From NCBI RefSeq assembly GCF_000281045.1, contig NW_008246097.1, forward strand, positions 408,362-451,587: a stretch of 43,226 bases of DNA, in the 5' to 3' direction. Of the stretch, positions 9,897-20,500 are shown one piece after another; within the stretch, counting starts at the first letter, position 1, and each line of letters opens with the position of its first letter. The DNA comes from Saprolegnia diclina VS20. Lineage: Eukaryota. A model generated the notes under the pieces. The model saw only the letters and a program-made list of their open reading frames with translations, was not told the DNA's origin and did no database searches. A program made the translations under genes and the position numbers.

Positions 9897-12394
9897 ATGG
9901 ATCCGTCGCGGGACGTTGGGGCGCGCGTCGAGGTCTACTGGGCGACTGAAGCCGACTGGTTTCAAGGAACCATCCAAGAGTACGATGCGCAGGTCGGGTA
10001 CCGCGTCTTGTACGACGACGGCGACGAGCAGTGGGAAGACGCCACCAACACCGAGCGTCTCCACGTGCTGCGGGAGACGAGTGTTGACCACGACGTCGAG
10101 GCCATGGAGCCGCCGGGTGACGACGCGGAAGACGACGTCGTCGTCGGTGCCATGGAGCCGCCGCCAGATGAGTTGACCGACGAGGACGTATACCTTCGAG
10201 CGTCCAGCGCCAACGTCGCCACCATGTTCAAAGTGGAAACCACGTCCGAGGCATTACGCGAGATGATACCCGCCCAAGCAGCGACAGCCTTCTCGCCGGA
10301 TTCCGAAGCCATCGCACCTACAATCCCCGACCAACGACACACGACTGTGGCTGCGCTACCCCTTCCACAGTCGACCTCAACGACACCAGCAGGCACCAGT
10401 GCCAGAAGCAACCTCACGGACGACGACGACTCGTCATCAGTCGATTGGACACCGGCTCCTGTAGCAACTCGACCTGCCTTCAGCCGCCACCATGTAATCT
10501 CAAACGCGTACGAAGCCGACATCGGGGCGATTCACATACCGTCGACGAGCCAGATACGGCCGCCAGCCGAGCCGCTGGCGCTTCGACGGCACGCCGGCCC
10601 TGGCATCGCCATTTTGCAAGGCCGTGTTGAGTACCTTCGCAGTGAGCTCGACACGATCTACAGCGCGTTCGTCAAGGTATCATTCGTCGCGCCAGGTCCA
10701 GGCAACGTCATGCTGCGCTGCAAGACCGTGCTGTACACGACGCCGGTGGTCTCGGCGAGCGCTCGGCCGACGTGGAGCGACGCTGCTTGGCGCTACGAGA
10801 TCCCCAACGAATACGACATGAAACCCTGGGCCTCGCTGCGCGGCGACATCCTCCTCGCGGTCTTTGATCACACTCCGCACACCAACCTTTTTGTCGGTCA
10901 ACTGCTGGTGCCGGTGGCGTCGCTTCTCGACGATGACTGCCCCGAGGGTCTCCAAACGCGCTTTGACGAAGAGTATGCACTCACCTCGCGGCAAGGCAAG
11001 GTCCTTGGCGGTCTCTACCTCCGCCTCTCGCACCAACTGCAGCTGCCACCAAGCGATGCATCGCCCGCACTTGCAACCACCACAAAGAGCCCGATAGCGC
11101 CAAAGAACCCACTCAAGAAGAAACCCCCAACAGCAACAGCAAAGCGCAAGCACGTGGCCAGCCCCGCCATCAACCGCTCCAAGCGCGCGATTGAAATCGA
11201 ACGGGAGAACGCTGCCATCAAGAAGCGCGTCGCGGCAGCAAAGGGTTGCGCCGTCAAGCTGCCTACCGTCCCGCAGGGTGTTGCAACCCACCGCGCCCAT
11301 TCGAGCGTGAACCGGCAACGCGAACTCGCAGCGATTGACGCCGAGAACCGGCGACTTGCCGCGCGCCGCATCCCGAAACCAAAGCCATCGACTGTGATGG
11401 AGCTTAGTGAAAGTGAGACCAAGACGACCAAGCCACAGCGCGTCGATTTGGAGAGCCAAGCCACGTACGTTGTGCAGGTCGAGCTCACGACGGCGGTGGC
11501 GGCGCTGCAGCACGAGATTGCCGGCCTCCAACAAGACGTGTTTGCTGCCAAAGCATCGCTCTCACGGTACACGATCAGCAACGCCAAAGACGTCCGGGCC
11601 GTTGAGACCCTCCAGCGCGCTTGCGACCGCGCGCGGGCTGCATCAAGCAAGCGCGACGCCGCCCACAAACCGTCGAGCGCGAAAGGGCGAAGCGCAACAC
11701 CAAAGGCGGCTGACGAAGCGCCAGAAAAGGCGCGGCACCTTGCCCTTCTCGAGCAAGAACACGCCGCCGTCACCAAGGAGCGGCAAGACCTCTTGGCGCA
11801 CGTGCGTGCGTTGCACGCCGACGAATGCGACGTACAAGAGGTGCTGAGTAAGCTCGAGAACGATTTGGGGCGGGCCGACCGCCGCCGACTCTACTTGAGC
11901 AACCCTACGGCCGGTGAGCTCGACGACGACGAGCAAGCCATGCTCCAGAGTGCGTGGAGTGAAGTGACGTCCTTGAAGGTACACGTTGCTGCACTCGAAG
12001 AGCAAGTCGACCGAAGCGACGGCAGCGCCAGTGTCAATGCAGCCGGAGACGATGGCGCCGCAAAGCTCGAGGCAAGAAGAGCCAAGGAAACGCAGCTTCA
12101 GATGCAACGAGACGCATATCGGGCTCAGTACGAGGCCCTTGTGCGCGCCAAGACGGTCGAGACACTTCGCCAAAGTGTGCTCGAGATGCAGCACATGCTT
12201 TTGCTGTGCGAACGCGAAGAGAAGACGATGGCGGCCGCCACGTACGCATTTCTCTTCTTTACGATGCGAGCTTAGAGACGATGTATAGCGCCGAAGCCGA
12301 TGCTGTCGTGCAAGACGCAGCGATGGCATTCGAGCGTCAATTTCGCGCCGAGCAAACGGACACGGACATTCTCTTCAAGGTCACGACACTCTAA
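9897..12394 (+). CDS. Tudor-like + C2 domain + coiled-coil protein with CFAP97-like motifs
   Basis: N-terminal VGARVEVYWATEADWFQGTIQEYD..YRVLYDDGDEQW is Tudor-like. C2 features are YTTPVV..SARPTW and ILLAVFD...NLFVGQLLVPVASLL. A long coiled coil follows. Intron 12242-12288 restores the frame into AEADAVVQDAAMAFERQF. The 3' end is uncertain. Confidence 0.8.
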
Positions 12395-12607
12395 CTGCGT
12401 ACAAGATGAAATATGCCATTTTAAGCCAAGAAAGGAGACTCATCAAGGGTTTCTACTATTGTAGTTGAAGGATACAACGAAAGCGAATGTCCGAGGCCAT
12501 CCATGGTGCATGTCGTGCAATGTACGATCGAACACCATGACAAAGTAGACGAGGTCCGTCGAGTGTATCGTTATGTTGGCAAAAACTGTGCAAGGACCTG
12601 TCACGAT

Positions 12608-13031
12608 CCAAGAACGACTAAAAGCCATTTTTCTTCGGCTTGGAGTCAAAGCGAGGAATGCCGAGATTGTCGTTGTCGAGCATGTGGTTGTCGAGTGGCA
12701 GGTCGAATTTGTCGTCGCCACGCGGCAGGCCGAGCGCTTCGTTGTCGAGCAGGTCACGCTGGCGCAATTTCGGGTTCAAAATGGGCCGCGTGATCGGCTT
12801 GGCCGATGGAGCCGCCGCGCATTGGCCGAGGACCGCGACGAAGAGGGCGAGCGCAAGGAAGCGAGGCATCATCATGGTGCTACGGCACTCGGTGTAAATG
12901 ACGTGGCGCAATGAAAGATGTAGTACCAGTTGAATTGGAAAACGAAAAGTGAAGCTCGAGTTGGCGGCGCGATGGCAAAGTTGTGTTTGGGTCTTTGCGA
13001 CGGATTGCAAGGTGCGCGGGATGAGTAGGGA
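12608..13031 (-). repeat. Inverted repeat arm (peptide gene plus ~155 bp upstream), partner of 14662-15070
   Basis: Its reverse complement is nearly identical to 14662-15070 apart from a 15-nt indel and a few substitutions. Confidence 0.95.
12618..12875 (-). CDS. Small secreted repeat-containing peptide precursor (85 aa, copy A)
   Basis: ATG in caccATG context. Signal peptide MMMPRFLALALFVAVLGQCAA, then APSAKPITRPILNPKLRQR-DLLDNEALGLPRGDDKFDLPLDNHMLDNDNLGIPRFDSKPKKNGF*. Confidence 0.8.
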   Translation of the reverse strand: MMMPRFLALALFVAVLGQCAAAPSAKPITRPILNPKLRQRDLLDNEALGLPRGDDKFDLPLDNHMLDNDNLGIPRFDSKPKKNGF

Positions 13032-13340
13032 TCACTGCAACGACACTGGTCGTGAATCTCGTCGTTTGAAGAAAGTGCAACCTCCCGCAGACTCGTGATT
13101 CTGCGCCAAGCAAAAGAAGATACTGCAGTACAGTTGCTGCTGCATTGTCGAGGAGTTGGCGATAATTTGGATGGTTTGGATCGAGAACGCCATCCAAACT
13201 TGGTCGTTGAGGCTCGGCGAAGCTTGGTATCGCAACGAAGAGGACCGTACGTTGCTGGTGGCGACTCTAGTTGCCGCCGCAAGCTTGGAGCGACAATAAG
13301 TCGTGTTGCCCAGCGGATTCACAGGGTCCTATTTAGTGCT

Positions 13341-13400
13341 GACCAATCAGAGAACGTCCTGACATTGGAAAGCACCAATCAGAGCGCGCTTGCTCATTCG
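13341..13400 (+). promoter_or_regulatory. Two ACCAATCAGAG (CCAAT) boxes and an Inr-like GCTCATTC upstream of the GNAT gene
   Basis: gaccaatcagag at 13341, caccaatcagag at 13373 and gctcattc at 13392, just before ATG 13406. These match the known oomycete CCAAT and Inr (YCATTY) elements. Confidence 0.55.
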
Positions 13401-13405
13401 GCGTG

Positions 13406-13876
13406 ATGGCAACAACGGACTTCGAGGTCCGGCGGCTCGCGTCCTCCGACGTCGCTGCGACGCGTCGGCTCAACATGGCTGCGCTGCCAGTCCCAGTGGC
13501 CGAGCACGCCTACAAGGACGCTATTGCGAGCCAGATGAGCTGGGTTGCTGTCCAGCGCTCCTCGAATGCTCTCGTCGGCGCCATCCTCGTCGAGCCCGAA
13601 GGCGACGGTACTGCGTGTATTCGGACGTTGGCCGTTGACATTCGCCACCGAGCCAAAGGCGTTGGATCCCTCCTGCTTCAAACGGCGGTTGACAGCTGCG
13701 CTTCGTATGCGCGTATCTACCTGCACGTGCAAGTCGAGAACGCGGACGCGATCCAAGTGTACAAGCGCGCCGGGTTCATCGTCGAATCGCATGTACCCAA
13801 CTACTACCGGCGCGTCGCCTGCACTGACTGCTACATCATGGCACTATATGGTACTGCGGCCTACGCAACCGAGTGA
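13406..13876 (+). CDS. GNAT-family N-acetyltransferase, Naa50/NAT13-like
   Basis: Motifs RRLN...LPV, IRTLAVDIRHRAKGVGSLLL (acetyl-CoA motif A) and IYLHVQVENADAIQVYKRAGF...NYYRR are characteristic of Naa50-like N-terminal acetyltransferases. Confidence 0.85.
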   Translation: MATTDFEVRRLASSDVAATRRLNMAALPVPVAEHAYKDAIASQMSWVAVQRSSNALVGAILVEPEGDGTACIRTLAVDIRHRAKGVGSLLLQTAVDSCASYARIYLHVQVENADAIQVYKRAGFIVESHVPNYYRRVACTDCYIMALYGTAAYATE

Positions 13877-14739
13877 AGAACGCGCGAACACTGCGTGCTC
13901 ATGACACGCGAGACAAGTCGCTCGCCTCAAACGCTACTTACATCAAGAGCACTCGCCAGGCCAGTTATACGTATGATTCAAACGCGTTTGATCTTGTGTG
14001 CATGTTGGCTACTGCCGAAACGCACCTGTTTTGCCAGATTTTCTCCCTTGCGCGGGAGCACCACCATACGCACCATCCATCACCAACAGCCCAACGCAAA
14101 CCTTTAAAATATCGTTCTGGTTCATACGTTGTCTCTCGTGCATTGCTCTCACATTCATTGCCCCGTCCCTTATTAGCACACACCAACCCACAGCAATGGC
14201 TAGTCGACTTGCTTACTCTGCGGACTTAGCGCGTAAAGGTATCGGACGCATTTGCCAAGCCTCGTCGAACGAGATGCTGTGCGGGCAAGCCAAATGTTGC
14301 AGTCAACAACACTTTGATCCCAGCAATTTTGTTCTCTCGTTCGCTGTAGTTTTGCTGCTGATGAAAGATTGAGCTACGTGGGCCTAAAGTGACACCTCCT
14401 GCTCGCTCCTCGGCAACAGGTCACGGTCCATTTGCCTAGCTACGATCGTCTTTGTTGCGACACGAGTCTGAGCCTCATCCGTCGCATTGGATTGACCAAA
14501 GCCATCGAGATTCTTGCACTTGCGTCACGTCGGCTCGCAACTACACTGTAGTTGCTTTTCTTTTAACGTTATGATGGGCATCAGCCCGAGACTGCGGTGG
14601 TTTGTACTCGATCCGAAGATGAAATGAAAGAGCTACTACAAGGGTCGTACCCGAGTGGCGTTCCCTACTCATCCCGCGCACCTTGCAATCCGTCGCAAAG
14701 ACCCAAACACAACTTTGCCATCGCGCCGCCAACTCGAGC

Positions 14740-14757
14740 TTCACTTTTCGTTTTCCA
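14740..14757 (+). promoter_or_regulatory. Candidate oomycete Inr+FPR core promoter of the peptide gene (mirrored in copy A)
   Basis: ttcacttttcgttttcca resembles Inr YCAYTYY followed by an FPR-like WTTTNC, about 75 nt upstream of the ATG. Confidence 0.4.
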
Positions 14758-14817
14758 ATTCAACTGGTACTACATCTTTCATTGCGCCACGTCATTTACA
14801 CCGAGTGCCGTAGCACC

Positions 14818-15060
14818 ATGATGATGCCTCGCTTCCTTGCGCTCGCCCTCTTCGTCGCGGTCCTCGGCCAATGCGCGGCGGCTCCATCGGCCAAGCCGAT
14901 CACGCGGCCCATTTTGAACCCGAAATTGCGCCAGCGTGACCTGCTCGACAACGAAGCGCTTGGCCTGCCGCGTGGCGACGACAAATTCGACCTGCCATTC
15001 GACAACGACAATCTCGGCATTCCTCGCTTTGACTCCAAGCCGAAGAAAAATGGCTTTTAG
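14818..15060 (+). CDS. Small secreted repeat-containing peptide precursor (80 aa, copy B)
   Basis: Same as copy A but 5 aa shorter (FDLPFDNDNLGIPRFD versus FDLPLDNHMLDNDNLGIPRFD). The indel is in frame. Confidence 0.8.
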   Translation: MMMPRFLALALFVAVLGQCAAAPSAKPITRPILNPKLRQRDLLDNEALGLPRGDDKFDLPFDNDNLGIPRFDSKPKKNGF

Positions 15061-15363
15061 TCGTTATTGGACCTTGTACCGACAAGTCCCACCAGAGTTT
15101 TGTTGCGAATACATTGACTCCATGAATTTTCTTTCCAATGATATTTGCTATGAGCAGACGCGGGGACTTGAGTCCGCCACGTGACTACTGACTCGCAGGA
15201 TGAACATACTGAGCTTGTCCGCACTTGGCTGTCGACGGTCCCGTGTCTTGAGCCGGCACAAAAACAAGAGTGCGCTTTCTCGCAATGTGATTGGCTCATG
15301 CAAGTGACATGTCGCAGCCGGGCGGTCCGATTGGCGTCGGTCGCACTTCAAATTGACGCAGAG

Positions 15364-17248
15364 ATGGCTCCACGCATCGGCGAGATCCCGCTGTCCGAGA
15401 AGGAGGCGCCGACCGTCGCGCTCGCTGAGCGCAGCCACCTCGGCGACCTCGTGTCGCTGCGCGCGACCGACGTCGACGTGCGTCCGTTCCAGGAGCGTCT
15501 CCAGCGCATGGAAGAGACCATGGACATTTGGAACCCGGAGCAACAAGTCAACAACGTGCCGATGCGGCGGTCGGGCCACGACGGCTGGGGCATTGGCAAG
15601 ATCATGCTCATCTTCGCGGACGACTACCTCAAGCACCTCTACCATTTCCCGTGGCTCGACCAGTGGCGCGACCTCCTCTTCCCGTTCTTCGAGGCGCTCA
15701 ACGTCCCGCCCGAGCGCGTACGTCGCCCGTACTCTTCTGTTCAATGGATTCACAGGTTGTAGGTCATTCGGTGCTTGTTTGCGCGCATGCCGGCGGGCTC
15801 GGTCATTCCCGTGCACCACGACACGGGCGCATGGGTCGCCCACTGCCACCGCGTGCATTTGCCCATCATTACGAACGACCAAATCGACTTCAAGGTACTA
15901 AAGCTTTCGAGTCTTATAGAACCAACTAACTCGCTTCATGGCTTGTCTAGGTGGGTCTGGACGAAGATGCGATGACGCGCGTCGAGTTTGCCCAAGGCAA
16001 CGTGTACGAACTCAACAACGCGAGCAAGCACATGGTCGAAAACAAGTCGAGTGAAGCGCGCGTGCACTTGATCTTTGACTACGTCGACGCCGACTTTTCT
16101 CTTGCGTCGCTGCCGCTGCGCAAGCTTGCGCCCGGCACCGTCCTCCACCAGACGCGGCGGACGGTCGACATGTCGTCCGAGTTTGGCGCGCGCCCGACGC
16201 CGTCGTTTTGCATCATTGGCGCGCAAAAGGCGGGCACGACGTCGCTCTACGACTACATCACGCAGCACGACCTCGTCGTGCCGGCCAACCGCAAGGTACA
16301 TTAGCTTTGGCTTGCGATAGAGTGAAATGTTGTTGTTTTTGGTTTAGGAAACGCACTACTTGGACTGGCGCTTTGATCCGAAGCTGCCACCGATCGAGAC
16401 GCCGGAAGGCCAAGCCGCGCACTTGGCCATGTACCAGCGCTTCTTCCGCATGGACGTCCTCGGGCCGTGTCCGTCGGTGCTCTCGGGCGAAGCGACGCCC
16501 AGCTACCTTCTCGGCGGCTCGGTTGTCATTCGCCGCTTCCAAGCGCTCATGCAAGGCGCCAAGATCCTTGCGACGCTGCGCAACCCGGTCGACCGCGCGT
16601 TTTCCCACTACAACATGACGGCCGACCCCGTCGGGAACCCCGAGCAGCTCAAGAACCGGTGCGGAAAGTGTGGTGGCCTTGGCAACTGATCACCGTCTTA
16701 GGGGCCACCATGCGCTCGGCGGCAAGAGCTTTGAGCAAGTCGTCGACGCCGAAATCGCCGAGCTCCAGGCGCTCGGCGTGCACCCAAATATGTCGTTTGA
16801 TGAATTCGACCGCGTCTACCTCCAGACGCGCCTGGCGTTCCAGCACGGCGGTCACTCGTTCATTGGCCGAGGTATCAACACAAGTGTCGAGCGGTCAAAT
16901 GAAGCGCTGAGGTTAGGGCTCTACGCGCTGCAGCTCCAGGGTTGGTTTGAAGCGTTCCCGAAGGACCAGCTCCACATTGTCAACATGGACGACATGAAGA
17001 CGTCGTCGGGCTTGCACGTACTACGCTATGTCGCGTGTCGCATAGTATTGACGAATTCGTAGGCGGTGATGAAGGACGTGTTTGCGTTCTTGGAGCTCCC
17101 ACCCTATGTGATCGAAGACAGCAGCGCCAAGAACACACGCGCATACGGCGCGCTGCACCCCGACACCCGCGCGCGTCTCGAGGCGTTCTACGCGCCCTTC
17201 AACCAAGCGCTCGCGACCATGCTCGGCCGCCGCTCGTTCGCCTGGTAG
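15364..17248 (+). CDS. Fusion of aspartyl/asparaginyl beta-hydroxylase-type 2OG-Fe(II) oxygenase and PAPS-dependent sulfotransferase (7 exons, ~532 aa)
   Basis: Introns 15718-15762, 15895-15950, 16296-16347, 16659-16701, 16872-16916 and 17018-17062 are all GT-AG and phase-consistent. Oxygenase motifs: PAGSVIPVHHD, RVHLPI, ELNNASKHMVEN..RVHLIFD. Sulfotransferase motifs: IIGAQKAGTTSL, KETHY, EATPSYL, LRNPVDRAFSHY, RGLYALQL, VFAFLEL. Confidence 0.9.
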
Positions 17249-17535
17249 TCGACTAGTAGTGTCTCTAAAGAGGCTGCCCCCAATCCACGTGCTACCTTGT
17301 GACAACCCCGTGGTTTGGCGGAGAATACAATGTCGACAGTCCAACTTTACTCGGGTGATGAGCCGACTCGAGCCGGGTCTCCAGTAGACTGTAGAAGACT
17401 CGGCCCCTCGACGGGACGCTTGCCTGTCCTTTGTGTGCTGCTTGTGTGCTTGCGGGACGTCGTACGAGATAACGCGGTGGCTTTGGCCCACCCCAACACG
17501 GTGGACGTGGAGCCAAGCAAATAACGAGACGTCTA

Positions 17536-20500
17536 TTACGCCGTGACGTGTACGAGGTACTCGACGGGGAAGAAGACGGTGAGCGGTCGCTGGCCGTCGC
17601 GCTGCAGAATGAACCGAAACCGGTTCAGATCGTAGATACCAGGCGCGCCAAAGACCGCGGTCAGCGGCACGTCGACAAGCGACCCGGGCGGCAGCGCCGT
17701 GAACGTGCGCCGCGTGACACCCGCCCAAAACACACGAGCGGTCGTCGTGGTCGCTGCCGACGACGCGCGGACGCTCGGGTGCTCTTCTTCCGGCACGAGC
17801 GTCTCGAGCGTAAACGTGATGGGCGGCGACGCTGCCGACGCGTCATTGCGCAAGTGCAGCGTCATGGGCACGGCGCCAAGACGCACGGTCGGCGCAAAGT
17901 CGAGCGTCATCGTCAGCGGACACGCGTTGGACGAGGCAGTGTACGGTGTGCGCACTTGCACGTTCAGGACGCTCGAGTGCCCCACGCAGCGCTTGCGCTG
18001 GAGGCCATTGACGACGGGCCCGGTGCCCGCCCACTGCACGACCACATGCAGATCCATCTACCGTCATATCCATGAGCCTTCCAAGATTCGTCCACGAATG
18101 AGTACCTCGGGGTGGAGCAAGGCATCGGGTGTCGTCAGCGGCACGTGCTCGAAGGCCGGCACCGCGTCCTGGCCGTCGTCGCCGTGGGTCTGCTTGTTGT
18201 CGCGTCGCACGCTCTGGATCGACCGGAGCAGCTGCGCCTTGTTGCCGCCCTGCTCGAGCGCCTTCTTGCGTTTGAAGTCGAGCACCCGCTCGGCCGCGTG
18301 CTGTAGCGTCAAGAATGTCAACACCGGGTACGCAGGCAGTGCCACGCTTGGCGAGAGCGGTATGCTGTGCAGCACCGACTCGGACCCGTGCCGGGGCACC
18401 AGCCGAAAGTACAGCGTCGACGTCTCTTGCCACTGCAGTGACGTGCCGGAGCGCAAGGTCGACGCCGGTTCCTGCAGCGGTTCAAACGGGACGAGGCACC
18501 ACTGGTGACTGTACGCGATCGCATTGGCCACGTTCATGGTCGGCGTTGCCTCCTTCGTGCCGTCCTTGCGCGCGTTGGCCACCTATAAGGTCTCACACAC
18601 ATGTCCTCGAGGCATCCGCGTCTCGTACCGTTAGCGCGAGCACGTACTCGCCAGACCGGTTGTAGCTCGGGTGAATCGCGTGCGAGAGCTGAAGGCAAGA
18701 GAGCGTCTCGGCCTCGAGCACCAACGGCACCACGCGCCCGCCGTTGTAGCGGAATAAGAACCGGACGGTTTGCGTGCCCACGTGCTGGCTCTGGCACACG
18801 AGCCGCATCGACACCGACGCCCCCGGCGCCAACGCAAAGTCATCGAGCGTCGTGACGTGGCCGAGCGCGCCGACGGCATGGCACGACGTCTCGAGGGTAT
18901 ACGCCCACTCGCTGCAGACGATCGTGAGCTCGGTCAAGGGAGCCACGCCGTGGTTGGACAGCGTCAGCGAGAGGAGAAGGACCTCGCCCTCCATGCAAAC
19001 CAGCGGGTCGGGTACCGCTTTGCCGTCCTCTTGCGTGAGCGAGACCCCGAGCCACGGCAGTTGCGGTTTGATGTCGCAGCGCGTCGCGTCGTTGGGGGCC
19101 CGCACACGGTTGGCACGGTGCTGGAGCGAGTCTTGGAGCAAAATGCCCGGGAGCTTGAACGAGTGCTCGCCATGAACCGCCGTGTTGAGCGCCCAGCGCA
19201 CGCCGAGGATCTCGACGCGGCCAATGGCTTGCGGCAGCAGTCGCAGGCGGACCTTGGTATCGGCGAACGGTGCCATGGTCACGTCTTGGTACTCGACTTG
19301 GACGGCGTTGTGGGTGGCCGATGGAAATTGGTCGTCGCCGACGTGGCCAAAGAGGTGCAACTGCGACAGCACCACGTCGCACGCCAAGTGGTTCTTCATC
19401 TCAAACTCGACGTAGATCCATTCGTGGACAATGTACGCCTTCAAGCCCGCTTTCAACGGCTTCTTGTTGCGCGATGGCAGCTGCAGGGCCGTCGACGACG
19501 CGGTCGCGAGTTCGCGCCAATGTGTCTTGTGCGTCGCAAGCGCTTGGATCTTCTCCTCGCGCACGAGTAGCAACTGCGTGTGCTTCCACGCGGCGTCGTC
19601 CATGTCGACCGGACTCGCCGGTCCAACGGCATTCAACGGCGCAAAGACGACGACCGACGCGTCCGTGATCGCAGGGATCGCGAGGTTCTTGACCAGGAGG
19701 ACCTTCTGCGCGCCGTCGGCCGTCTCGAGCAAGTGAAAGTCGGGCAGCGCGTCGGCGTCCTGGAGACACTCGGAGACCATATCGTAAAACTCAGCGAGAA
19801 GCTGCTGCTGCTGCGCTTTCGTGTGCCGTCCCGACCCGATGCGCGTCAGCAAGAGCGCGATCGCTTGCTGCGGGTGCGAGAGCGAGTAGAGCTGCTTGGC
19901 CAACGTGCCCGTGATGTGGTCGTCGACGGCAAACCAGCGCGAGTTGGCATACATGGAGCGCGCGCACGCATAGCAGCGCGCGGCGTGGGGCGTGTACCCC
20001 ATCGTCGCGTACACGTGGCCGGCCATGACCATGCGAAACCCATATTTCCGGAATTTGGCGGTCCGCGACCGCAAATCGCAAAACGCTGCGCGCTCGAGCA
20101 AGACGGCCGCGCAGATGCCAAAGCTCGGCTGGCTCGGGTCGGTCGCCGACGACCCGCGGATGAGGGCTGCGGACGCGGCGTCCATGAGGTCGGACGTTGG
20201 CGCCAGCTGGAAGAGGGCCGTGTACATGTCGCTGGCGAGGATCGCGGTGCGGGTCGCGTGGCGCACGGTCGACACTTGCGGCGACGTGAGTCCGAGGCGC
20301 GCATAGATCGCGATGCAGCTCTCGATCGCGTTGTGGATCTGGGGCAAGGACCCGCGGAGCAGAAAGAGGCAGAGCGCAATGCACTCGTTCGCGTGCGCGC
20401 AATGCAAAAGCGCCTTGTCGGTCTTGTAGTCGTCGCGCGCGAGCCGGTACATGGAGAGCGCGAGATCGTAGTCGTGGATGCAAAACGCCATGTCGGCGAG

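Larger units (their letters stand above)
14662..15070 (+). repeat. Inverted repeat arm, partner of 12608-13031
   Basis: Identity starts at tccctactcatcccgcgcacc and runs through the CDS to just past the stop codon. Confidence 0.95.

Noticed and set aside
14683..14817. Upstream in-frame extension of the peptide ORFs from a TTG start (MQSVAKTQ...)
   Set aside because: Eukaryotic initiation at caccATG 14818 (12875 in copy A) gives a proper N-terminal signal peptide. The extension is promoter or 5' UTR.
12608..15070. Interpreting the inverted arms as transposon terminal inverted repeats carrying the GNAT gene
   Set aside because: The arms are entire protein-coding genes, no transposase is present, and no target-site duplication is evident.
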